Part shown: positions 1-6,740 of the stretch, piece after piece
Layout: each line of letters begins with the position of its first letter
How positions within the stretch are numbered: position 1 is the stretch's first letter
Assembly (NCBI RefSeq): GCF_000341895.1
Contig: NC_020409.1
Span: forward strand, 990,001 to 1,022,000
DNA: 32,000 nt
Origin: Pseudodesulfovibrio piezophilus C1TLV30
GTDB taxonomy: Bacteria > Desulfobacterota > Desulfovibrionia > Desulfovibrionales > Desulfovibrionaceae
Direction of reading: 5' to 3'
Position numbers and translations under genes: made by a program
Notes under the pieces: model-generated
Told to the model about the DNA's origin: nothing
The model's database searches: none
What the model saw: the letters and a program-made list of their open reading frames with translations, nothing else

Positions 1-576
1 GGCCCCTTCCTTATCGAGTGGAATCCGCAGATCCGGGAACTCATCCCTGGCCTCGTCTTCCTGCCATTGCAGAGAGTCTATCCACTCGTCATCTTTCACC
101 CACATCTGATTCATGGTTGATGCATGAGAGTGTGCAGTATCACTGATGTACTGTGGCACGACATCAAGCAGATAACAGATTCGGCGCATGGTCGACATAA
201 TATATCCGGTATCAATACCTATGGGACAGTAATGAGCGCACCGTTTGCAAAGGTTGCATTCGGTATATGCGATCTGTGCCATCTGATATATCTCATATGG
301 ATATACTTTGCCTTTCTTCTCCATCAACTTATAAACTGTATCAGTTGCTTTGCTTACAGGGGAATAGCTGGGATCGTTGTCGTGAGACATGTAATAATGA
401 CATGCCTGCGAACAAAGCCCACACCGCATACAGGTTTCCTGATATGCCTTGAGTTTGGCCCCGGTTTCACCTTTGAGAACACGGTTGACCACTTCCTCGA
501 TCCGTTCCGAGGTCAGTTTGGCCACCCCACTCTCAAGGCCGGGATCAGCAATGATTCTGTCAGCTATATGACTCAT
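1..576 (-). CDS. Fe-S oxidoreductase, DsrK/HmcF/TmcB (HdrD-like) family, N-terminal part; the 3' end runs off the left edge
   Basis: Not in the ORF track because there is no in-window stop. Hand translation of the complement from ATG at 576-574 gives MSHIADRIIADPGLESGVAKLTSERIEEVVNRVLKGETGAKLKAYQETCMRCGLCSQACHYYMSHDND...YTECNLCKRCAHYCPIGIDTGY..., open to base 1. It has two CxxCxxCxxxC ferredoxin-type motifs. An AAGGA SD lies 7 nt upstream. It starts 36 nt after the stop of the cytochrome b gene. Confidence 0.8.
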   Translation of the reverse strand, partial: MSHIADRIIADPGLESGVAKLTSERIEEVVNRVLKGETGAKLKAYQETCMRCGLCSQACHYYMSHDNDPSYSPVSKATDTVYKLMEKKGKVYPYEIYQMAQIAYTECNLCKRCAHYCPIGIDTGYIMSTMRRICYLLDVVPQYISDTAHSHASTMNQMWVKDDEWIDSLQWQEDEARDEFPDLRIPLDKEGA

Positions 577-612
577 AATAGTATCCTTGGGTTTGCTTTG
601 ATCAGAACGTTC

Positions 613-1272
613 CTACCAGTCGTTGGCATGTCTCACTCCACCAAACTCGGACCCCATATAAGCGCGGGTGAAAACCACAAACAGGGCATGACTCAGTCGG
701 GTAAAAGGAATGAGCGCCAAGAGGAGTTCACCGGAGAGGACATGCAGGAGAGTCATGAGCAAAGCCGGACCGACCTGATGATACGCGAGGACTCCGGTAA
801 TAAATGGCAGGACGACTAATCCCAGGGCAACCCAGTCCTTGGTCCGCGTCACGCTGCGCACATGTGGCAAAAAAAGTCTGCGCAAGGCAAAGACCACACA
901 TGCCGCGATGACGATGAAACTGATAATATCTCCAGCCTCGGTGGGCAAAGACCACAAGCTCACACCAAAAGCCGTGTCCCAGAGAACAACATGAGCACTC
1001 AAAAAGACCGCAACCAAAATAAAACAGATATGAAAGGCAAAGGTTGTAACCGTCATCAGTGGATCAACCTTCCACCCCATGGTTCCAAAAGGAATCAACC
1101 AACGCATGATAGACCTGATCCCATACGGCCAACTCATATAAGCGATTGACGATCCATCTTTTTTTCTTGCCAACGAATACATTGAAATCAAACGGTAAGC
1201 CGACCCCAGAATAAAGATCGCCCAGGCGACCCAAGCCAGTGGTCCGGAGACGAAGTTGTATAATTCGATCAT
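613..1272 (-). CDS. Integral membrane cytochrome b, NarI/DsrM/HmcE/TmcC family
   Basis: The 219-aa ORF is hydrophobic with about 5 predicted TM segments and conserved His in helices (FHICF, LSAHVV, LLHVLSG), typical of NarI-like heme b subunits. A GGAGGA SD lies 7 nt upstream of the ATG. It sits between the Trp-rich protein gene and the DsrK-like gene. Confidence 0.8.
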   Translation of the reverse strand: MIELYNFVSGPLAWVAWAIFILGSAYRLISMYSLARKKDGSSIAYMSWPYGIRSIMRWLIPFGTMGWKVDPLMTVTTFAFHICFILVAVFLSAHVVLWDTAFGVSLWSLPTEAGDIISFIVIAACVVFALRRLFLPHVRSVTRTKDWVALGLVVLPFITGVLAYHQVGPALLMTLLHVLSGELLLALIPFTRLSHALFVVFTRAYMGSEFGGVRHANDW

Positions 1273-1287
1273 AGTTCGATCCTCCGC

Positions 1288-2547
1288 CTAGAACTGGGCC
1301 ACATCCGCAACAATACGGACGTAGCTGTTGTTTTCGATGGCTCTGATGAGCACTTTACTCGAATCCTCACTGAAGACAGGTGGCCATGCCCAGTCAAAGC
1401 TCCGTTCAAAAGACTTACCGTTGACCAACGTATGATATTTGCCACCCTTTTCAGTGAGAGCAGCGACATTATTACCATCAGGGGAGAATGTGACAGGCCA
1501 CGCCATTTCCCATGTTCCATGCCATGGTTTGTCATCCACCACTATACGAAACTGGGAATTGTTATTGCTGGCAATGACAGCGGCTCGATCTCCGAATCGG
1601 CTCAAAACGAGGTCAGTCACAACCGGAAATGTCGATTTCCAGGCAACATCATTACAGGCGGCAGTAAACTCACCATAGCCAGTGGCCACGATAGCCCAAA
1701 GGCGATCTCCCGACTGGGAGAACTGCAACTTCATACATTGCACGTAATCGGGTTTCCAAATAATGGCTCCATCGCGGGCAACACCCCATTTGCCCCCCAC
1801 TCGTACCGGAGCAGCAACATATTCACCGCCAGGATGAAATCTCGGTTCCCAGACCTGGGTGTATGTAGTGGACCATGGTTCGTCGTCTACCGTAATGGTA
1901 TATTTGTGGACATCCGTACGAGCCTGCGCCGCAACACGAAGACCTCGTTCGTCAAAGACCGGTGTCCACAGATTGAGATACTTACCCTTCCAGATTTCCC
2001 CATCTACAGCAGCGGTATAAATTCCCTTTTTGAATCCAGCGATATCTGCCTGCCCAAGGCGAACGACCTGAACGATGGCTGCTGCGTGAACACCATTTTC
2101 ACTCAGAGTATACTGATTGGCATTTTCAAAGAGATTTTCCCAAATCGCTCCATTGAGACTGACACCATATTGTTCATTGTCCTTGGCCATACAGGCGATG
2201 ACCTTTCCGTCTTCGCTGAACTTGGTATCCCAGACAAAATCGCATGGTTCGGCAATCAGTTCTCCATCAACTCCCACGGCCCAGGCCATATCTTGCTGAC
2301 AGATGGCTGTAAGCCTGCCGTCCGGCGAGAATTTCGGATGCCAGATTTTTTCAAAAGCAGCATCCCAGACCGTGTCGTTGGTACGGATGGAGAACTCGCC
2401 CTCACCCAGATTAACTATGGCTGCCAAGGTTTCGCCGTCGTCGGAAACGTACGGCTCCTCCTGCCAGACATGTTCTTTAAGAGGAGAGAGGGAATTGACG
2501 ACCGTTTTCTGGCCGACCTCCCAATCCCATTTGGATATGTGACCCAT
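1288..2547 (-). CDS. Tryptophan-rich repeat protein (TmcD-like / WG-repeat, probable beta-propeller)
   Basis: The 419-aa ORF has no signal peptide. It contains about 10 tandem ~40-aa units of the type [VIA]W.P.FS.DG..vAa....g.y...vdg..W...y (examples: IWHPKFSPDGRLTAI, VWDTKFSEDGKVIAC, AWPVTFSPDGNNVAAL, AWPPVFSEDSSKVLI). I count 21 Trp. An AAGGGGG SD precedes the ATG. It is tightly packed in the operon, with a 15-nt gap to the next gene. Confidence 0.75.
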   Translation of the reverse strand: MGHISKWDWEVGQKTVVNSLSPLKEHVWQEEPYVSDDGETLAAIVNLGEGEFSIRTNDTVWDAAFEKIWHPKFSPDGRLTAICQQDMAWAVGVDGELIAEPCDFVWDTKFSEDGKVIACMAKDNEQYGVSLNGAIWENLFENANQYTLSENGVHAAAIVQVVRLGQADIAGFKKGIYTAAVDGEIWKGKYLNLWTPVFDERGLRVAAQARTDVHKYTITVDDEPWSTTYTQVWEPRFHPGGEYVAAPVRVGGKWGVARDGAIIWKPDYVQCMKLQFSQSGDRLWAIVATGYGEFTAACNDVAWKSTFPVVTDLVLSRFGDRAAVIASNNNSQFRIVVDDKPWHGTWEMAWPVTFSPDGNNVAALTEKGGKYHTLVNGKSFERSFDWAWPPVFSEDSSKVLIRAIENNSYVRIVADVAQF

Positions 2548-2611
2548 AACACCCCCTTATGTTGCAGGGCCGCGGAGTGCGGCCATTTCATCAACATGGG
2601 GGTCGGTATCG

Positions 2612-2956
2612 TCAGAAAGCGGTGGTTGCGCTGCGGCCGGGCATGATCATCCGGTCCATTGAGTCCTCGATGTAGGCGGTGAGCACGCCCTCGATTGGAC
2701 CTTTGACCCAGGGGATGACCTGAATGCCCATGGCTTCAAACCCGTCCTTCGCGGCCTTTCCGAGGCCGCCGCAGATGACGATGTCGACACCCATGGCCTT
2801 GAGGTAGCTCGGGAGGGCACAGGCCCCGGCAGTGGGCATGGCGGTCATGCCGCTTGCGACCACGTCCTTTTCCTCGAGCGAATACAACCTCAATTCCGTT
2901 GCTGTTTCCAGCAGGGTCGCCACCCGGTTTTGATAGCCAGCGATACAGAGTTCCAT
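2612..2956 (-). CDS. NifB/NifX-family (dinitrogenase Fe-Mo cofactor biosynthesis domain) small protein
   Basis: The 114-aa ORF has a C-terminal half, LKAMGVDIVICGGLGKAAKDGFEAMGIQVI, that matches the characteristic gvdvvi.ggiG..a...l...GI.v signature of the NifX/NifB-C family. It is the first gene downstream of the -24/-12 promoter candidate. Confidence 0.65.
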   Translation of the reverse strand: MELCIAGYQNRVATLLETATELRLYSLEEKDVVASGMTAMPTAGACALPSYLKAMGVDIVICGGLGKAAKDGFEAMGIQVIPWVKGPIEGVLTAYIEDSMDRMIMPGRSATTAF

Positions 2957-3014
2957 ACAACCTGAGTCTGTTTACGAGGCCGATTCATTTTCGGACTGAC
3001 GACACGACCTCTTG

Positions 3015-3030
3015 TGCACAGTCCATTCCA
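3015..3030 (-). promoter_or_regulatory. Sigma-54 (-24/-12) promoter candidate for the NifX-like/Trp-rich/cyt b/Fe-S operon
   Basis: The minus strand reads TGGAAT-GGACT-GTGCA. GG and GC have the canonical 10-nt separation of TGGCAC-N5-TTGCW. It lies 58 nt upstream of the ATG at 2956, and a sigma-54 EBP gene is immediately upstream. Confidence 0.5.
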
Positions 3031-3074
3031 AACAAAAATATACAATTATATTAAATATATACATTATTTACAGA

Positions 3075-3091
3075 TTTGATCCGATATCAAA
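3075..3091. promoter_or_regulatory. Inverted repeat TTTGAT-N5-ATCAAA, candidate EBP upstream activating site
   Basis: A perfect 6-bp inverted repeat lies about 45-60 bp upstream of the -24 element. It is separated from it by a very AT-rich tract (3031-3070) that could be a bending or IHF site. Confidence 0.3.
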
Positions 3092-3130
3092 ACTGCCGCA
3101 TAACACGTCACACTCAAGAAGCAACATGGC

Positions 3131-4483
3131 TTATTTTGCTGCACCTCGCGCAAGTATTCTGCGCACCGTATCTCGGGACACGCCAAGCTCTCTTGCCGCA
3201 GCACTTTTGTTTCCTTTGTGCTTTTCCAGAGCTTGCAGCACAGCCTGATATTTATGCCCTGCCATACCAGGCTTGGCATTGATAAATGAAGGGGTACAGC
3301 CTCCCGGCCCTCTTTCGGAGACAGGCTTCAGATGTTCCGGCAGGTGTGCGGTTTCTATCATCTCCCCCGGACACAATATGAAAGCATACTCAATAACATT
3401 CTCAAGTTCCCGAACATTGCCGGGGAAATCATGGTTGAACAGAATCTGATGAACATTTTCCGACACAGCACGAATGGATTTTCCACGCAGGCTGTTCTGT
3501 TGCCGGATAAAATGATTCGTCAGAAGCGGAATATCTTCTGTTCTGTCACGAAGAGGCGGGATATCCATCCGTACGACATTAAGTCGAAAATAAAGATCCT
3601 GACGAAATTCCCCTTGGGCAACCATCTGCTCCAAGTCCCGATTGGTAGCAGCAACAAACCGAACATCCGCTTTCAGAGGAGTCACTCCACCTAAAGGTTC
3701 GTAGACCTTTTCCTGAAGGACTCGCAATAATTTGACTTGAAGCGGCAAAGGCATATCACCAATCTCATCAAGAAAAAGAGTACCGCCCTGAGCCAATTCC
3801 AGACGCCCCGGCTTATCCTTTCTGGCATCGGTGAATGCTCCCGCTTTATAGCCGAAAAGTTCCGACTCCAGCAGATTTCCCGGCAGAGCACCACAGTTCA
3901 CAGCTACAAACGGTTCATCCTTCCGGAGAGAAAGATTGTGTATGGCGCGAGCAAACAACTCCTTTCCCGTGCCGGATTCCCCGAGCACTAAGACGGTGGA
4001 TGTGGATTGAGCGATGGGAGGTAATATCTGAAGGGTCCGGATCATGTGCGGATTGTTGGTACGAATATCTTCCACGGAATACCGTTCTTCAACCTTTTGC
4101 ATCAATTGTTGGATGGAGGACAAATCACGAAAACTTTCCACCCCGCCAACAATGGTGCCATCCTTGTCTTTAAGGGGAGAAGAACTCATGCCAATGGGTA
4201 TTTTTTCACCGTCGGCACGGAGGATAAAACCGGACTTACCAACCACCGCTTTCCCGGATTCCAGACATGGGCGCATAGGGCAATCCCCATCACACACATT
4301 GGATGCAAAGACCTCCCAACATTTTTGCCCCACAGCATCTTTGGGCGGTATACCAGAAATATGGCCTGCGGCCTGGTTGAAGAAAGTGATATTCCAGTCC
4401 AGGTCCACAGTAAAAATCCCCTCAGCAACAGAATCAAGAACAGATTCCAAAGGGATATTTTCGGGCAACCCGGCTTTTGGCAT
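3131..4483 (-). CDS. Sigma-54-dependent Fis-family transcriptional activator with N-terminal PAS domain
   Basis: The 450-aa ORF has a PAS-like N-terminus, a Walker A motif (GESGTGKE), the sigma-54 contact loop ELFGYKAGAFTDA (GAFTGA variant), and a C-terminal Fis-type HTH (KSAAARELGVSRDTVRRIL). Confidence 0.92.
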   Translation of the reverse strand: MPKAGLPENIPLESVLDSVAEGIFTVDLDWNITFFNQAAGHISGIPPKDAVGQKCWEVFASNVCDGDCPMRPCLESGKAVVGKSGFILRADGEKIPIGMSSSPLKDKDGTIVGGVESFRDLSSIQQLMQKVEERYSVEDIRTNNPHMIRTLQILPPIAQSTSTVLVLGESGTGKELFARAIHNLSLRKDEPFVAVNCGALPGNLLESELFGYKAGAFTDARKDKPGRLELAQGGTLFLDEIGDMPLPLQVKLLRVLQEKVYEPLGGVTPLKADVRFVAATNRDLEQMVAQGEFRQDLYFRLNVVRMDIPPLRDRTEDIPLLTNHFIRQQNSLRGKSIRAVSENVHQILFNHDFPGNVRELENVIEYAFILCPGEMIETAHLPEHLKPVSERGPGGCTPSFINAKPGMAGHKYQAVLQALEKHKGNKSAAARELGVSRDTVRRILARGAAK

Positions 4484-4868
4484 ACATGATCTCCATCATC
4501 AGGAAAGAGGTGTGTCTTTTCAGCAGACTGTAGCATGGTGCAGCAAAATACGCCAGTTGACTTTTTTCACACCACTCCCTCTCAACACCCAAGATAAAAA
4601 ATTAAAAAACATTGGAATACCAGCGTATGGCGTGCATACAAAGTTTCTCCACCTTTATTTGACACCACCATGAACAAACGCACGCCACAAAGGATGCTGT
4701 TATATTCTGCAAGAAGCAATTGCCTCCCTACATAATCCAGCTATGGTTAGACTACAGAAGATTAGAACCACCTCCAATTCGTCTCTGGCTCTAGCCAAAC
4801 CCCAGCCAGAGATGAACACCCTGCGAATGGCGTCGTTTGAGCACCCGACACCCGTTCGCGACTCCACG

Positions 4869-4892
4869 AAAAAGCGCCGAAAGGCGCTTTTT
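4869..4892. terminator. Orphan intrinsic-terminator-like hairpin (symmetric, bidirectional)
   Basis: The sequence is AAAAAGCGCC-gaaa-GGCGCTTTTT. A GC stem with a GAAA tetraloop is flanked by an A5 run on one side and a T5 run on the other. It lies inside a divergent intergenic region, so no annotated gene ends here. Confidence 0.5.
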
Positions 4893-4928
4893 CACGTCCT
4901 GCTTCCTCGCTCTCTTCGTCTGTTCAGC

Positions 4929-4957
4929 TTCAAATCGCAGACTTAACTCGGTATAAT
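4929..4957 (+). promoter_or_regulatory. Sigma-70-like promoter candidate (distal)
   Basis: TTCAAA-N17-TATAAT, with a perfect -10 and a 4/6 -35, about 130 nt upstream of the ATG at 5086. Confidence 0.35.
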
Positions 4958-5020
4958 CCCCACACACTACTACCACAACCATCTTATATTATTCATATTT
5001 ATAAAACAAACCATTTTACC

Positions 5021-5049
5021 TTGACAATCAAACTATCTCAAAATAGTTT
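5021..5049 (+). promoter_or_regulatory. Sigma-70-like promoter with embedded palindromic operator (candidate MarR site)
   Basis: TTGACA (5021-5026)-N17-TAGTTT (5044-5049). The inverted repeat AAACTAT-ctcaaa-ATAGTTT (5030-5049) covers the spacer and the -10. A GGAG SD lies at 5071-5074 and the ATG at 5086. Confidence 0.45.
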
Positions 5050-5085
5050 AATTTGAATTTCAAGATATATGGAGTACACACAATC

Positions 5086-5847
5086 ATGGATCATCTCTTT
5101 TTCGTCGCGCTTCAATCAAGTATGTTTCTGGGGCTTATCCACGGCATCAACCCCTGTGGTCATTCCTGGGTGGTTCTGACCCCTTTTGTAGCTGGCAATT
5201 CGAGCGGCAAACGGGTTTTCAGCCTCACTGCCGCTTTTATCACCGGAACTACAGCTGGCTGTCTCGCTATCGGCCTGCTTCTCGGAACAGTCTCAGCCAG
5301 CCTGCCGCCATCCACTCGTTATTTCACAGATATGATTACTGCCGGAATCATAATCATTCTGGGAGCCATTCTCCTCTGGCGACCTCACTTGCTGCACAGT
5401 CACGAGCATGATCACGACCATGACCACTGCGACTGCTCCGGGCATGACCACGCCTGCGAAGGCCATGACCATCATGAGCACAACCATCACGAACATGAGC
5501 ACGAGCATGGACATCATCACACACCACTCACGGCCAAAAAATCCACGGTCTGGGGGCTTGCCACACTTGGTTTTCTCAATATGATTGTCCCTTGCCCCAC
5601 CGTGGCCATCATGTATTCTTATGCGTTGGAGTCGGCCAGTCCCATGCAGGCCGTGTCTGTTTTTGCCAGCTATGCGATAGGGACCGGCATTGCCCTTGCC
5701 GGAGTCATCTTCGCAATATATAAGGTGACTGGATTGATCAGGAAGTTACAAAAGCCCTGGATCGAACCAACCATTATGCGTACGGTTGGCGTACTCACAA
5801 TATTATTCGGATTTTACACCCTTTACCTGGACTTCGGCCCTGTATAA
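5086..5847 (+). CDS. Polytopic membrane protein with a long His-rich loop; putative metal (Ni/Co/Zn) or thiol-redox transporter (DsbD/CcdA-superfamily- or NicO/RcnA-like)
   Basis: The track ORF starts at TTG 5053, but ATG 5086 has a GGAG SD 11 nt upstream. The protein has about 6 hydrophobic segments. Intramembrane NPC and VPCP motifs (IHGINPCGHSW, NMIVPCPTVA) resemble the paired Cys/Pro motifs of CcdA/DsbD-type proteins. The central loop is HSHEHDHDHDHCDCSGHDHACEGHDHHEHNHHEHEHEHGHHH. The family assignment is uncertain. Confidence 0.7.
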   Translation: MDHLFFVALQSSMFLGLIHGINPCGHSWVVLTPFVAGNSSGKRVFSLTAAFITGTTAGCLAIGLLLGTVSASLPPSTRYFTDMITAGIIIILGAILLWRPHLLHSHEHDHDHDHCDCSGHDHACEGHDHHEHNHHEHEHEHGHHHTPLTAKKSTVWGLATLGFLNMIVPCPTVAIMYSYALESASPMQAVSVFASYAIGTGIALAGVIFAIYKVTGLIRKLQKPWIEPTIMRTVGVLTILFGFYTLYLDFGPV

Positions 5848-5850
5848 CCA

Positions 5851-6276
5851 TTGAGGACCATGCCCGAAATCAAAAAACTGACACCATTGATCGTCGAGTT
5901 CTATGAAAGACTTTCTTCATGGGAGCATGGAGTTGTGCGCGACAAGGGACTGACGCTGCCGCAAGTCCATGCTCTGGAGATTCTTGGGACTCACAAGGCC
6001 TTACGCATGAAGGAACTGGCTGAACGTATGGGAGTCACTACCGGCTCCCTCACTGTCCTTGCAGACAGGCTGGAAACAGCGGGCATGATCCGCCGCAAGC
6101 CGCACGAAGAGGACCGCCGTTCCATTCTCGTGGAACTGACCGACCAAGGGCAGACGATCTTTGAAGAACATGATGAATTGCATAACCAACTCACCCGTGA
6201 CATTACGGTCAACCTGACTCGGAAAGAAAGCAGCCAACTTGCTGCGATCCTTGAAAAAATGATCTGCGAGTTTTAA
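5851..6276 (+). CDS. MarR-family transcriptional regulator
   Basis: The 141-aa ORF has a winged-HTH core, MKELAERMGVTTGSLTVLADRLETAGMIRRKPHEEDRRSILVELTDQG, typical of MarR. The start is ambiguous: TTG 5851 lies 4 nt after the upstream stop, and ATG 5860 is the alternative. Confidence 0.85.
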   Translation: MRTMPEIKKLTPLIVEFYERLSSWEHGVVRDKGLTLPQVHALEILGTHKALRMKELAERMGVTTGSLTVLADRLETAGMIRRKPHEEDRRSILVELTDQGQTIFEEHDELHNQLTRDITVNLTRKESSQLAAILEKMICEF

Positions 6277-6672
6277 ATGAATAAATTGCTGTTCAAAACA
6301 TTCGCGCCTTTGTCGCTCCTGATACTGCTGGCCTTGCCTGCTCTCGCTCAGGTGCACGACATCAATCCGGCACAAGCCAGACAACTCATGAATACAACCC
6401 CTGACCTGGTGATACTGGATATCAGGACTCCAGATGAATTTCATCAGGGACATATCAAGGGGAGTGTGAACATAGATTTCTTCGCAGAAGATTTTAATGA
6501 AAAAATCAATATGCTGGATAAAACCAAGCCGTATTTTATATACTGCCGAAGTGGACAACGGAGTCATGTTGCAACATCGTCCATGGACAAAAACGGCTTC
6601 GTTGAAATCCACAACCTGACGCAAGGCATCAATGCTTGGACTGACAAGGGATATCCTCTCACCCGAAAGTAA
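6277..6672 (+). CDS. Exported single-domain rhodanese (sulfurtransferase)
   Basis: The 131-aa ORF has a signal peptide (MNKLLFKTFAPLSLLILLALPALA/QV), a rhodanese fold motif (ILDIRTPDEFHQGHIKGSVNI) and an active-site loop (CRSGQRS). Its ATG directly abuts the MarR stop, which suggests translational coupling. Confidence 0.9.
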   Translation: MNKLLFKTFAPLSLLILLALPALAQVHDINPAQARQLMNTTPDLVILDIRTPDEFHQGHIKGSVNIDFFAEDFNEKINMLDKTKPYFIYCRSGQRSHVATSSMDKNGFVEIHNLTQGINAWTDKGYPLTRK

Positions 6673-6698
6673 AAGAGAATCACACCCTCAAGCCCTAT

Positions 6699-6740
6699 AA
6701 AAAATTCCCGATTCAGTTTGATTCGGGAATTTTTTATTTT
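6699..6740. terminator. Intrinsic terminator, bidirectional, between convergent units
   Basis: AAAAAATTCCCGAttcagtttgatTCGGGAATTTTTTATTTT. The stem is AATTCCCGA/TCGGGAATT with A-run and T-run flanks. It lies 27 nt after the rhodanese stop and overlaps the stop of the minus-strand Trx-like remnant. Confidence 0.7.

Noticed and set aside
124-819. A 231-aa plus-strand ORF spanning the DsrK-like/DsrM-like junction
   Set aside because: It runs antisense across two well-supported minus-strand genes and their intergenic SD. It has no recognisable motifs.
1432-2646. A 404-codon stop-free ORF on the plus strand, antisense to the whole Trp-rich repeat gene
   Set aside because: It is striking in length, but it has no SD and no operon logic. 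Its product is a low-complexity mirror of the repeats. The minus-strand gene has an SD, tight coupling to neighbours and a coherent repeat motif. I treat the plus-strand ORF as a shadow ORF. Ribo-seq would be needed to claim otherwise.
4743-4982. Small ORFs (67 aa on plus, 63 aa on minus) in the 4484-5085 intergenic region
   Set aside because: Both read straight through the terminator stem at 4869-4892 and lack Shine-Dalgarno sequences. The region is better explained as structured non-coding RNA.
4958-5085. A metal-sensing (NiCo/czcD-type) riboswitch upstream of the His-rich transporter
   Set aside because: The leader is AT-rich and essentially unstructured. It has none of the GC-rich paired helices expected. 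A protein operator (palindrome plus MarR) explains regulation better.
5395-5520. A CAY/GAN-rich stretch that looks like a DNA tandem repeat
   Set aside because: It is in frame and encodes the His/Asp/Glu loop of the membrane protein. The units are irregular. It is coding low complexity rather than a microsatellite or CRISPR-like repeat.
6001-6624. A 207-aa minus-strand ORF overlapping the MarR and rhodanese genes
   Set aside because: The plus-strand genes have clear family motifs and translational coupling. The antisense product has none.
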